Assembly (NCBI GenBank): GCA_030390025.1
Contig: CM059432.1
Location: forward strand, 43,092,001 to 43,156,000
Reading direction: 5' to 3'
DNA length: 64,000 nucleotides
Source of the DNA: Squalus acanthias
Taxonomy: Eukaryota
Shown here: one piece after another, positions 36,150-48,382 of the stretch
Layout of the letters: the number at the start of each line of letters is the position of its first letter
Position numbering within the stretch: position 1 is the stretch's first letter
Program-made: the position numbers and the translations under genes
The notes under the pieces: generated by a model
The model's database searches: none
Told to the model about the DNA's origin: nothing
Seen by the model: only the letters and a program-made list of their open reading frames with translations

Positions 36150-38175
36150 CTTCAAACTTTAATTTTCATAACATCATTAAGATAAAGAGGGATTTAAAGA
36201 AGATAGGTGGTGTATGTTCCATGTTTTCATCGGGAGAGGGAGGAAAGGGCGAAGGACTCTCAGCAGGAGGCCATATCCTCCTAGGGTGTCCAGGAAGCAA
36301 TTCTCCTACCTGAACCTCAGCGTGGCTGGTGGAAGGCTGCTGACTTTCAGTAGCGGAGACTGCAGATGGCCTTGCAGGACGTCCTTGAGCAGCTCTGGGC
36401 CTAGAAGGTCTGGCTGCGACTGCATCATCTCGACATGGGCGGCAGCAGTCTGGGCTGGCTGCTGACAGGCAACAGCAAGGGCACTGGTGGAGTGACAGTG
36501 GTGGGAGGACGAATGCTGTCATCCTGAGAGAGGACAGCAGGTTCGTGTTCCACTGAGCCACTGCCACTCCCCCGGGGCGATGCCTCAGCATTCCTAGTAA
36601 TCTGTTGGAGGACAGATTGCTGGACTGCTGTGACATCCTGCAAGCCCCTTTGCACACTGTAATCCACAACAAGCTGACCTTGCATGAAAGCAGTCTGAGC
36701 TTCCACTGCAGCACTCAGACGTTGGGTGGCTGCTATTTTTGCTGCAATGGAAGCTGTGACATCGGCCATTAGACGCTGCTTCATGGTTGGGTCCACAAGT
36801 GGGCGAACGGAATTGACCACCACTTCTATGGTGGTAAGGATGGGTTCCAAGCTCTGTGCAAAGCCCTGTGCCAAGTTAGTGCTGGACTCCTCCATGCTCC
36901 TTGATATTGACCGCAGGCTTTCTGGCAGGCTACCCAATGCATCAAGTATTTCATTGTGTATATCCATCAGCGTTCTTCTGTAGGCTGCAACTCAAAGTCC
37001 TCATCTGAGTCCTCTGCAGTGGAACCCTCCAACGAGCTGGCACCTGCATTATCCTTGCCCTGGCTGCAGCCCACTTGTGCCCAGTGTCTCACCACGTGCA
37101 GATCCCGCCTCTAATCTATCCTCTAAGATACACGTGGTGTCAATATCTGAGCTGGGGCTGCGAGTGTGAAATCAAGTGACGGTGCTGTGTCTTCATAATC
37201 TCTTCTTGGTGTTCCTCCAATGCCTGACCAGGTTGCACCTCTTGGGTATCTGAAAGGAAAAAGGCACAAGGGTAAGGTTGTGGTGTGGGGGGGGAGAGGT
37301 GAAGTAAGAGGTGCATGGTTACACCATCTGCAGCTTGTAAATCAGAAGAGAGTGTGGGATGAGGGGGAAGTGAGCTGAGAGGAGAAGGATTAGGTATGAG
37401 GATACCATCATCTTCGATGGTTTCAGCCCCGCCGCTCGCCACGGACTCAGCAATGGCCGACCCAATTGTGGCCAGCACCGTCTCTTCCATGGGGGTTTAG
37501 ACATGCACGCATGCCTGTCCCCTCTCTAGTTAGCTCCTGCAGCCTCCAGTTGTGCGCCACCTTGTCCTGCAAAAGAGAGGGATGTGTGTCAGTGAGTGTG
37601 GTGCAATCTGTTTTGGTGATGTGGCTGTCATGATTGAATAGCTGGCAGTGTGTGCAACCTGTGAGATGTGGGTGTAAGGCTTGCAGCAGTGCTAAGTTTG
37701 TTAGGGTGAGGTGAAGCATATGAATTCTAGATATGAGGCCTGATTGATAGAGATTGTAGGTAGGTGAGTGATGGGTGTGTGGTGCATTGAGCAGTGTGTG
37801 AGGCTAGTGGTACAGTTGGTAGGATATGACATTTGAAGATGCATTCACTGACCTTGACCACTCGTGTGAGGTCATTGAACCTCTTGCAGCACTGGATCCA
37901 GGTCCTTGGGGCTTAACTCCTGGCATTGGGCTCCACGGCTATCTGCTTCCATTGCCCTTTGTCTGTGTGTTTGGAGGGCCTCCTTCCCCCCCCTGCGGAT
38001 ACAGGACATCTCTTCTCCTGTCCACCTCCTCCACCAAGACCTCCAGTGCAGCATCCTAAAATCTTGGAGCCCGCAGGCAGCACATAGTTGGCATGCTGCC
38101 TACATTGCAATCAACAGGCGCGGGTTAATCGCCCATCATGATTCCGTGCCGTTTTCAGGGACTATCAAATTTAGT
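36150..38175 (-). mobile_element. Decayed Harbinger: 3-exon Myb pseudogene (-) fused to a short transposase N-terminal stub (+)
   Basis: Same exon junctions as 40785-42422 (gtcaag|gt, ttgcag|gacaaggtggcgcacaac, cag|atacccaag). Stub RRPYPPRVSRKQFSYLNLS at ~36260-36320. Confidence 0.75.
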
Positions 38176-38394
38176 CCCCATACAGAATAATAGATACCTA
38201 GGAGTGATTTCAAGAAATAAGCCTGGAAATTGCTGTAACTGAGTTTATTGGGATTATTGGGAGAATTCTTGCCTGCCATTAACCCCAGTGCTGCTGTCTT
38301 TTCAATTTTGTGTAAGTTGTGCAAGCTCCTGTAGACTAGCAGGTTGCTAATGAAGTAGCTGTGTATATAAATGGCTCAGGAAGCCATTTAAACC

Positions 38395-38856
38395 ACTGTA
38401 GTGGCTCAGTTGGAAGCACTCTGGCCTCTGAGTCAGATAGTTGTGGGTTCAGACTCCCACTCCAGGGACTTGAGCACAAAAATCGAGGTTGACACTCCAG
38501 GGCAGTGCTGAGGGAGTGCTGCATTATTGGAGGTGCCATCTTTCGGATGCGACATTAAACTGAGGCCCCGTCTGCTCTCTCAGGTGGATGTAAAAGGTCC
38601 CATAGCACTATTCTGAAGAAGAGCATGGGAGTTATCCCCAGTGTCCTAGCCAATATTTATCCCTCAATCAACATCACTAAAAACAGATTATCTGGTCATT
38701 ATCTCATTGCTGTTTGTGGGAGCTTGCTGTGCGCAAATTGGCAGCTGTATTTCCTACATTACCACAGTGACTACACTTCAAAAGTACTTCATTGGCTGTA
38801 AAGCACTTTGGGACGTCCTGAGGTCATGAAATGCACTATATAAATGCAAGTCTTTA
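38395..38856 (+). mobile_element. Deu-domain tRNA SINE (SacSINE1-like), uninterrupted
   Basis: A box tggctcagttgg, B box ggttcagactcc, conserved body, tail ctatataaatgcaagtcttt. Confidence 0.88.
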
Positions 38857-39587
38857 TTTCTTATTTTTGTATTTGCACAGGAGAGAGAAAGGCAGCCGTT
38901 AGCATTTGGTATCTTGAGAACCGTTCACTTCAGTGAATTAGTGCTGGAGCTGCTGATACACAAAGTGCGGGAAAGGAGGGTAGTCTTCTATGGGGCAGAA
39001 GCGTATCGTCATCTGAAGCAGCTGGTGCAAGCGTGGCATCAGATAGCAGGCATGATAAATGCTGCTGTCGAGATGTCGCTGTAGCACCAGAAGAGGTGGT
39101 GAGGGACCTAAAATGGGCAAATATGGCCCGACGAGTGCATGTCCCATTGAAGGCCTCGGTCGAGATCAGTGCCTTCAGTAGGTAAGTGTTTGGGACCAGA
39201 CTAGAGAGTGAGGAGGAGACCTCTATAAGGCTGTCTCCCTTCCCAGGAGGCACTCAGGGCTTTTACTGTTGCTTCCAGCTACCTTCCAAATGGCGAGAGG
39301 GTTGACTTCATATCTGCAATGGTGTTCCTGCAGGTACATCCTCTTAGTCAGTGTGAATCTTGCAGTAGCCTTGATCCCAGTTTGGCTTCTGCCTCCTCCC
39401 CCATTGTCAGGTCTCTTTGTTTAGTAAATGTGTGGCGAATGCAGCAGATGATCATCTTGGAGACCCTGACAGTTGCCAGAGTACTGTGCATTTTCTCTCT
39501 GTCATGCTCCAACAAGCTAGCGACAAAGCGCTATTAAGATGCATTATAAAACAACATTGTAAAATGAAACAAGATGTGAGAATACTT

Positions 39588-40430
39588 ATACGATAGCAAA
39601 ATACTGCGGATGCTGGAAATCCGAAATAACAACAGAAAACGCTGGAAAAACTCAGCAGGCCAGGCAGCATCCGTGGAGAGAGAAAGAGAGTTAACGTTTC
39701 AGGTCGATGACCTTTCATCAGAACTGGGAAGAGCCGGAAATCAAATAGATTTAAGGCCAGGGTAAAGCTGGGAAAAGGGGGAGGGGATAAAGGAACAAAG
39801 GTGGAGATGAAGAGACATTAAGAGACATTAAGAGATATGCAAGGCTAGAGGTGGTGTTAATGTGACAGATTAAGGCTGAATGAAGTGTGAAATCCACTGG
39901 CAGAATGAAGGACAGCTGCCAGCTTCTAGGAGGAAAAAAAAAAGGTGGGGGGGGGGACAAATAAAAGGGTGGATAAAATAAAATATAAATGTGATTGGAG
40001 CTGAGGTTATGATCTAAAATTGTTGAACTCGATATTGAGTCCAGAGGGCTGTAGCGTGCCTAAACGAAAGATGAGGTGCTGTTCCTCGAGCTTACGCTGA
40101 GCTTCCGTGGAACAGTGTAATAGGCCGAGGACGGTGAGGTCAGAGTGGGAGTGAAGCGGTGAATTAAAGTGACAGGCCACCGGGAGCTCGGGGTCCCCCT
40201 TACGGACTGAACGGAGGTGTTCCGCAAAGCGGTCACCCAATCTGCGTTTGGTCTCCCCAATGTAGAGGAGTCCACATCGTGAGCAGCGAATACAGTATAC
40301 TAAATTGCAGGAAGTACAAGTAAATCGCTGTTTCACCTGGAAGGGGTGTTTGGGGCCCTGGACAGTGGGAAGAGGGGAGGTATAAGGGCATGTGTTGCAT
40401 CTCCTGCGCGTGCACGGGAAGGTGCCGGAG
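39588..40430 (-). mobile_element. Penelope 3' fragment (GIY-YIG domain plus terminal repeat)
   Basis: ORF 40007-40336: FTCTSCNLVYCIRC..YIGETKRRLGDRFAEH..RKLEEQHLIFRLGTLQPSGLN. Confidence 0.92.
39689..39725 (-). ncRNA. Minimal type I hammerhead ribozyme motif, best-preserved copy
   Basis: Minus strand agtt-CTGATGA-aaggtcatcgacct-GAAA-CGTT-aact. Stem I agtt/aact, stem II aggtc/gacct, palindromic ACGT stem III. Confidence 0.7.
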
Positions 40431-40784
40431 GATACTTACCTTAGCAACCTTCCAGAGACCAATTAATTTCATCCTCGACTGTTCCCAAGGTAGGTACATT
40501 TAGGGGGCTAAGTTCGATAAGGCCCAAAATCGGGCAGAGGGATCGCGATGCACAATCTGCATGTGCCCGTTGAAAGTAATTAACATGATTGAAGTGCTGA
40601 GCCCAGCGCTGAACATGCTGCTGGTTGGCTCGGCGCTCAGCAGGGGGCCCAATTTTGTGGGAAGTGTTATCCCTATTTAAAGGTTGCCTGCAGTATGAAA
40701 TGCAGTCTACACTTCTTAAAGGGGAGGTGCTTTCTGAAATAAGCACCTCATTGTTACTGTAGCAAAGGAAAGTGGAAGGTATCT

Positions 40785-42422
40785 ATGGCTCAGTAGGGCA
40801 GAGAAAGGCCACCTAGGTTCTCGGACGCAGCACTGGAGGCCTTAGTGCAGAGCGTCAAAGGAGGAGACAGGTCTTTTACCTATAGGGACCCAGGAGACCC
40901 TCCAGACCGACTGTACGAAGGCAGTGGGAGCAGATTGCTGAAGCGGTCAGAGCCACCAGTCTTTCCCCCAGGACCTGGATCGAGTGCTGGAAGAAATTTA
41001 ATGACCTCACACGAGTGGTCAAGGTGAGTGATACATCTTCAAATGCCATATCCCACCAACTGTACCACTAGCCTCACACACTGCTCAATGCACCAGACCC
41101 CCATTACTCACCTAACAACAATCTCTATCCATCACGACTCATAACTCACATTCATAGCTTCAACTCACCCTCACACACTTACCACTGCTGCAAGACTCAC
41201 ACCCACATTTCACACATTTGCACACACTGTCAGCTATTCAACTATGACAGGCACATCACCCAAACACATTGCACCACACTCACTGATACACTTCCCTTTC
41301 TCTTGCAGGCCAAGGTGGCTCATAACTGGTGCCAGCAGCAGTTAACAGGCGGGGGGCAGGCACGGCTGCAAAGCTGACCCAGCTGGAGGAGACAGTGCTA
41401 GAAATCATTGGACGGGGGTCGTCACTGAGACCGTGGTGATCGACGAGGCTGAAAGCATTGATGATGACGGTATGCTCATACCTAAACCTTCTTCTCACAT
41501 CTCATTTCCACCTCATCCTACAATCTCTTCTCACTTACAAGCTGCTGATGGTGTAAGCATGCACATCTTGTTTTCTGCTGCTCCCCTCACCACAACCCTA
41601 TGCTTGTGCCTTTCTCTCAGATACCCAAGAAGTCCAACCAGCCCAGCCAGTGCAGGAAGAACAAGAGGAGGAGAGTGATAGAGAAGAGAGACACCGTCAC
41701 TTGATCTGACACTCGCAGGCACCAGCTGAGAAAATGGCACTGTGCGTACTTTAAAGAGTAGTATAGAGGCAGGATCTGTACGTGGTGAGTCACCGGGCAC
41801 GGGTGGCCTGCAGCCAAGGCAGGGAGAAAGGGTAGCGCAGGTGCCAGCTCACCGGAGGGCGAGGTCACACATGAGTTCTGCTGCAGAGGAGTCAGTTGAG
41901 GACATTGATGGGGCAGGCCTTCAGACAGGCTCATGCAGGCTCAGCTTGCTGCCACGCAAGCTCAGACTGCTGCCATCATGGCTGCATTTACCAGTGTGGA
42001 AAGGGGCTTACAGGGAGTCACAGCAGTCCAGCAATCTGTCCTCCAACAGATTACTAGGATTGCTCAGGCACCGCCCAGGGGGAGTGGCAGTGGCTCCATG
42101 GAGCACGAACCTGCTGTCCTCTCTCAGGAAGACAGCATTCGTACTTCCACCACTGCCATTCCGCCAGTGCCTTCGCTGTTGCCTGTCAGCCAGCCAGCCC
42201 AGACTGCTGCCACCCATGCCGAGGTGGTGCAGTCCGCTTTCGGGCCTTCTAGGCCCAGAGCTGCTCGAGGTCGTCCTGCAAGGCCATCTGTAGTCTCCCC
42301 TACTGAAAGTCAGCAGCCTTCCACCAGCCATGCTGCAGACACTGGGGTAGCACTTTGTAGGAGGACTAGGATAAGCAAAGGAGCACGAAAGTCAGGTACT
42401 AAGGGAATGCACAAGTGTGATT
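40785..42422 (+). pseudogene. Harbinger Myb/SANT gene, 3 exons, disrupted
   Basis: PPRFSDAALEALVQSV..W..C.KKFNDL. Donors ~41023 and ~41470, acceptors ~41308 and ~41620. Several stops and frameshifts. Confidence 0.75.
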
Positions 42423-42599
42423 AGTTTACTTTGTTATGTAGTTTTGGAATGATTCATTTATAAATTATGTTTGGAATGTATCTTTTGTGGTGGCTTTCAT
42501 TTCAGCATTGTGGCCAAGAGGACGTGATGTGATGTTTCGTGACAGAGCCATGATAAGGTGGGGAAGTGTTGAGCAACGGGGATCTGGGGTTTCTTTCAG

Positions 42600-42680
42600 G
42601 GGAACCAGAGTCTGATGATGCGCTTGTGGACAGCCTGTCCAGAATGGGGGATTTACAGGCTGCCTCCTCCCTTCCCCCCT

Positions 42681-42713
<33 letters not shown>

Positions 42714-43750
42714 GAGATGGTCCCGGAACCTGTGGTGAAAGGGCTGCGCCCTCATGATGGCCAAGTTGTGGAGGATGCAACAGATCACCATGAATTGGGA
42801 CACCCACTCTAGCATGTATAGGAGGGCTCCTTCCGAGGGTCAAGGCAGCGGAACTGTTACTTGAGCACTCCGATGGTCTGCTCGATGATGTTCCTCATGG
42901 CAGCAAGGCTCTCATTATATGAGTGCTGGCTGCAAGTGGTGGGGTTACAGAGGCGAGTCATCAGCCTGGTGTAGAGCGGATAGCCCTTGTCGCCTAGAAG
43001 CCACACTCGGTTTCGATGTGGTGGCTGGAGGATTGCTGGCACTGCGGACCTGCACAGGATGAAGGCATCATGACTGCTGCCAGGATACCGGGCATTCACC
43101 ATCATGATGTGCTGGGCTTGATCACACACCAACTGCACACTAAGTGAGTGGTAGCCTTTGCGGTTACAGATCATCACACCATTGATATGCAGCACCGGCA
43201 AAGCCACGTGTGTGCAGTCAATGGTGCCCTGCACCATGGGGAAGCCCGATATCCTGGCAAAACCACATGCACACTCCTCCTGCATCTCTCTGTTTAAAGA
43301 GAAAATAATGAAGTTCCCTCTCCTAGAGTAGAAAGCCTCTGTGACCTCCCAGATGCAACAATGGACAGCGAACTGCGAGATGTTTACTATGTCACCTGTT
43401 CCAGCCCAGAAGGATCCGCTGTAGAAAAATGTCAGGGCCACGGTCAACTTGAGGGCCACTGGCAGAGCCGTGGTCGCCCTACTCTGAGGCTGCACGTCTG
43501 GTTCCAAGTGGTGGCAGAGTTCTTTGACCACCTCCTTGGTGAGGCGGAGCCGTCGAACACACTGCTCCTGGCTTAGTTGCTGGTAGGAGAAATGCTCCCT
43601 GAAGACCCTAGGTGGGTAAGGCCTCCTGCTGAGAGCCAACCCCCTCCTCCCTGTGCGAGCAGCTTGTCTTCTTTGCTGCCTCTGCTCCATCTCCCTGTCA
43701 TACTGCATTGCGAGGGGGACTGCAACTAAAGGCCCCATGACTGGGAGCAA
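42600..43750 (-). pseudogene. Harbinger DDE transposase, disrupted near the C-terminus
   Basis: [55 protein letters not shown], then ICCILHN and a poly-E tail. Confidence 0.9.
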
Positions 43751-45164
43751 GTGGTGTACTCAGAGGCCTTCCAGTAGCAGCCAACACCTTCCCAACGTCC
43801 AGCAGCACTCTCTGCACACTTTAACAACTTGTCTTCCAGCAACCCAGCATTTATACAAACTCTGCAAGAGCCAGTACAAGAGAAATAGTCAACTTACCTG
43901 CAGTTGGATGTGTCCCTTTAAACAGCATTGGTGGGGTGAGGGGGCGGTCCCTCATGCAGCTGACTGCACGTTCAGCTGTATGTGTTTAGGAGAGGGTGTT
44001 GAATGGAGTGGTGACGTCTAAAATGGCATGTCGTGCGTCAAATCAGTGTTACACGCTGACTGACGTCACGATCTGCCTGCTCTGCATACTGCCAGCGCAC
44101 GCACGTCCCGCTCGCGCTATCGCCCTCACCAAGATGGTGAACAGCGTGGGCCACGCCGGATGTGGCCGGAAGCGAGGTGGCCGCCATTTCTTTTCAAACC
44201 CGGCCTTAACTACCGGCGCTGAGGTTTCGAATTTCGCGGCTCAACGGTTTCTTCCAACTCCATCCAGGCTGCTCTGGCACTGCTCTTCCCTGGAGGCTGC
44301 CCTTCGACTCCAGAAAGATCCAGCCTCTTTTGCAAGACCTCCAAAGCTGCTTCACTGGGACCATTTCTCAAGTGTACCCTGGTTCCATCCTCTTCAGTAA
44401 CAGAACAGCCTTAAGGGTAAACGGCAGCCTTTTAAGAGATGCTTGTGCTGTCTGCCTACCCCCGACCTCTGTGCATTCCAGTGCATCATGTACTGGGAGT
44501 GCCAACAATTATTTTAAGCACGCTGACACTCCACTGTGGTCTGCAGCTCAGTCAGGTGGCCATGCAGCACTGCACAGATGCGGGCCATGGGCTTCTTCAT
44601 AGACACCCCCCATACAATACAGGCTGTTTGGCACACTTTCAAATGACTACATGAACTGCTGACGCTGAGCTGCCAATCTGCATTTGTAGGTAGGCCCTGT
44701 GAACTTCAAATTCCTGGGCTGAGCAGCTGAAGGAGCCCTCGGGCAGGCCCTTTAGCCAGCAGGTTACAGCTCTTGCAGTTCCATCTGTTGTAAGCTGCTG
44801 GGGCCGTGGCTCACAATGCTATCTAGGATCTCCTCATCATGGGAACCTATAAGATCATAAGAAGAACATATGTTACAATGCTGCCAATAGTGCTACTTCA
44901 AACACATTGCAAGGTATTGGGTATTATGCTGCTGCAGGCCACTTTACGTCTGTGTTTCACTGAATAAACAAATGAGTAGGAAAAAGTAGAATGAACAAGG
45001 TATGCGCAGTGTCAAAACTATAGAACAGGAGTATATAATCAGTCCATTAAAGTCATAATTTAAATGATATTCTTGGTGTGAATGCTTTAGTTCAATAGGT
45101 AATCATTTAATTCATTCATTGATATTTCAGTAACCTTTGCTGTCTTAATGTTGATAAGAAGAAC

Positions 45165-45410
45165 AACTTGCTATTATATAGCATCTTTCGTGACCTCAGG
45201 AAGTGTGGTCACTGTTGTGATGGGGGTAACTTTCCAGCCAATTTGTGCACAACAAGGTCCCACAAACAGCAATAGTATAATTGACTAGATAATCTGATTT
45301 TGGTGATGTTGGTGGAGAGATAAATGTTGACCAAGACACTGGGAGAACTCCCTGCTCTTCTTCGGATAGTGCCATGGAATGTTTTATGTCCACCTGAGGG
45401 GCAGACAGGA
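45165..45410 (-). mobile_element. Partial Deu-SINE 3' half
   Basis: Reverse complement of the SINE body (aaggtcccacaaacagcaat..ctccctgctcttcttc..atagtgccatgg). Confidence 0.7.
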
Positions 45411-45619
45411 TTTTCCTGTAATTAGTGCCACTAGTTCATGGTGCAGGAATAAGCTAAATTCTGCCCTTGTTATGTAGTGTTCTAGGAATGTTATCAGTGT
45501 TTTGGAGCTTGCATTCCAGAAAAGCAGAGAATAAGTGCCCTTGGTCATTATCAGCTTAATTACAATAATATAGTGGACAAATTAAAATATAATCTTGTAT
45601 TTCTTGTACAACATCAACT

Positions 45620-46330
45620 AACAGCTTGCATTTATATTGTTAAGGTTGTTCACAGAGGTATGAGGAAAATGGAGGCTGAGGCAGGGAGAAATTAGGAGAT
45701 GCTTGGTCAATGAGATGGGTTCTAAGGAGTTTCTTAAAGGCAGAGAGAAAGTTGGTGAGGCAGAATGAATACCGGAGAGTGGGATCCACGCGGCTGTAGG
45801 TTCTGCTGTCGATGGTGGGTTGAAGGGAGAGGAAGGGAGAGGAAGATGCACAAGAAGCCAGATTCAGAGGAACAGAGACTTTGGGAGGGATGTAGGGCTG
45901 GCAAAGGTTACAAACATAATGAGGGCCAAGGTCAGACAGAGATCTAAAGACAAGGACAAGGATCTTAAATTTGAGGCATTGTGGGATGGGGAGCCATTGT
46001 AAGTCAGTGAGGATGGTAGTGATGGACAAGCGGGACTCGGTGCAGGATTGGATAATAACAGTGAATTTGGGGCAAGCTGGAGTTTATAGAAGGCGGAGGA
46101 TAAAGGCCAGCAAAGCATTGGAATAAGTGAGTCTGGAGGTGGCAAAGCTGCATGTGAAGGTTTCATTGACAGAGGGGCTGAGGTGGGGGCTGGAGGTAGG
46201 CAATGTCACGGTGGTGGAAGTAGGCTGAATTTGCGATAGAGAGGATATGGAGCCTGAAGTATACTTCAGGGTCAGACAAGACATTGAGGTTGCGAGCAAT
46301 CTGGTTTAGCCTGAGACAGGGGATGGAACC
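45620..46330 (-). mobile_element. L2 LINE 3' fragment
   Basis: ITTILTDLQWLPIPQCLKFKILVLVFRSL resembles the L2 C-terminal HITP.L..LHWLP...I.FK motif. Confidence 0.75.
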
Positions 46331-46892
46331 ACGTGGATAGGAACAAATTTGTGTCATGGGCTGATGGTACCTGCCAGCTAGCATGCATATCTGAAATAGA
46401 ATACCCTGAGATGTGGAATAATGCTAGAGTAGTGTCTGAGTGCTTTGAAACAACTTCATGTCATGAAGAGGATGAAGATCAGCCAACGGGGGGGGGGGGG
46501 GGGGGGGTGGGGGTCAGCACCGGACCCGCGGGGAGTCCAGGGGTGGGGGGGAGGCAAGGAGGAGATCAGAAGGGGGGTGAGCGGTGGCCGCCAGAGGCCC
46601 ACAGTTTCAATGTGGAGCCTGAAGGAGCACTATATATTCACTGACCATTCTGTTGGCATCCTCCAGCAGTCCATTTAAAAACTGCTGAAATTTAACCATT
46701 CAGTTGGGAAGTAATTTCATAAAGGGGCTTGAAATAGGCATTCGGCCCCCAACTTGTATACGCAATGAGCCTAAAGACAGTTTCAGGCGGGTGCCCTGTG
46801 CAACTACCGGCGTAGAATGAACATGTGCACACCACATACCATATTGGTCCTTTCAGCGCCAGTTTCTTACCTGAAAAATGGATGCTGTGCAA

Positions 46893-47034
46893 CAAGGTTC
46901 TCGTTCATTTTTTTTTTTAGGTTTGCGGGCCCCTTAAGGGGCTGCGTGGCCCATTCAAAATACCACACAGGCACAGGTTTTCCCACTGAAAAGCCGGCTG
47001 CGCGGGAGGTCCAGAGAGCTTAAAGAGAACATTG
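46893..47034. mobile_element. hAT-type MITE, relative of 5981-6130
   Basis: TIR CAAGGTTCTC / GAGAACATTG. 8-bp TSD CTGTGCAA / CTGTGAAA. Shared core ggcccattca..aaaagccgg. Confidence 0.75.
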
Positions 47035-47607
47035 CTGTGAAATCCAGCTTCTCGGCCCTTGTCCATTTCTTTCTTGAAACTCATGATTGTTTCTTGTTCC
47101 ACCACCTGTGTCAGTAAACTGTTGAACATACTTACCACCCTTTTAGGAAAGAAGTTCCTCCTTCATTTCGATTTTCTATTTGCAGAAACATATTAAAAAG
47201 ATGAGCAGAGGGGTAAAGAGAGACCTCAAAAAAGCACAGCAACTGAGGCTCAGCATTATCGAGAGCTGCCAATTCAGGTCAGATATTAGGGTAGATGAGG
47301 TGCTCCTCCACATAGGTGAAGATAACATTAAGAAAGCAAGTCAATTCTCAGCACCCAACCACAGCGTAGGAGTAATTGAGGTGATAGAAGCTTGGGAGTA
47401 TACCAGGATGTTACTCCCTCATCACAGAATAACCACAGAAAAAGGTGAAAAAAGAAAATGTTTTCTTCTCACTTTCCCCCATTTTCTTGAAGCCATTCAC
47501 GCCCTTCTGAGATAGCATATTATGGGCATCTATTTGCCTCCAGCACTTCATTGAAATTGCTGTTATTTTTTTTTGAGTCTCACTTTTTTTTTGTTTGTTG
47601 TCTTTTA

Positions 47608-48382
47608 GGGGGAAAAATGGAGTCGCGCCCCCTTTGGGGTGCTAACTTGGGGTGCTAACTTCGATACTTTTAGCGCCCCGAAAAACTTAGCGTCCCCGCG
47701 GCCGAAATTCATCGGTAGGGCCCAAAGAGGGAAGCGGGGTGCTACTGGAAGCGCCCCGCCTCTCTCTTGGGGCGCTGCGAGTGAATATCACGGCGCGACG
47801 TGCCGCAGCGCCATGCTTTGCGGTACGTCGCACCGCGGTACTGCAGGCCTTCCTCCCCTTCTCAAAGGGGAGGGGCCTTGCGCAGCGCGACCCGGGGCCC
47901 AGCTGGGCCACCAGGGATCGGAGTGCCGGCAAAAGAGCCCAGCACTCAAGAGAAGTGCCGGGCTCACGGAGCGCAGCCGGCACCCCATGGGGGGGGCTGC
48001 TCAGGAGGCCGGGGACGGCAACAGGGGCGGGTGCTGGCAGGCAGCCAGCAACAAAAATGGCCGCCCGGCACCTCGCCTTTAATTAGCGCCACCCTGGCCG
48101 CAGGTAGACCCCCCTTACCCCGTCGGACATAGCGTCCGGCGGTAAGTCAGGGGGCGCTACCGAAGATCGCGGCAGGGCGCGAGCGGGGTGCTGCGTATGG
48201 CGATGACGTCATCGTCGGTAGCGCAGCGCCACGGGGCGCTAACGGTTACTGCCGCCGCTAACCTCTCGCTGAATTTCGCGGGAGGCGTTGGCGGCGCCGC
48301 GCCTGGGCGCTAGTTGCTTTGCGCCCGTAAGCGCCCTCTTAGGGCACTAACGGGAGGCGCAAAGCAACTGAATTTTTAGGCC
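47608..48382. mobile_element. GC/CpG-rich Harbinger-type MITE
   Basis: TSD TTA (47605-47607, 48383-48385). Related in inverted orientation to 20694-21595. Confidence 0.8.

Larger units (their letters stand above)
40503..44240. mobile_element. Harbinger transposon, second subfamily, decayed
   Basis: Myb (+) and transposase (-) convergent. TIRs degenerate, so ends are approximate. Confidence 0.8.

Noticed and set aside
38395..38470. tRNA gene (also 13046, 19911)
   Set aside because: The A/B boxes are SINE heads followed by the SINE body. No complete cloverleaf or terminator.
47608..48382. CpG-island promoter or overlapping ORFs of a host gene
   Set aside because: Bounded by a TTA TSD and homologous to the MITE at 20694-21595. 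The ORFs reflect GC richness.
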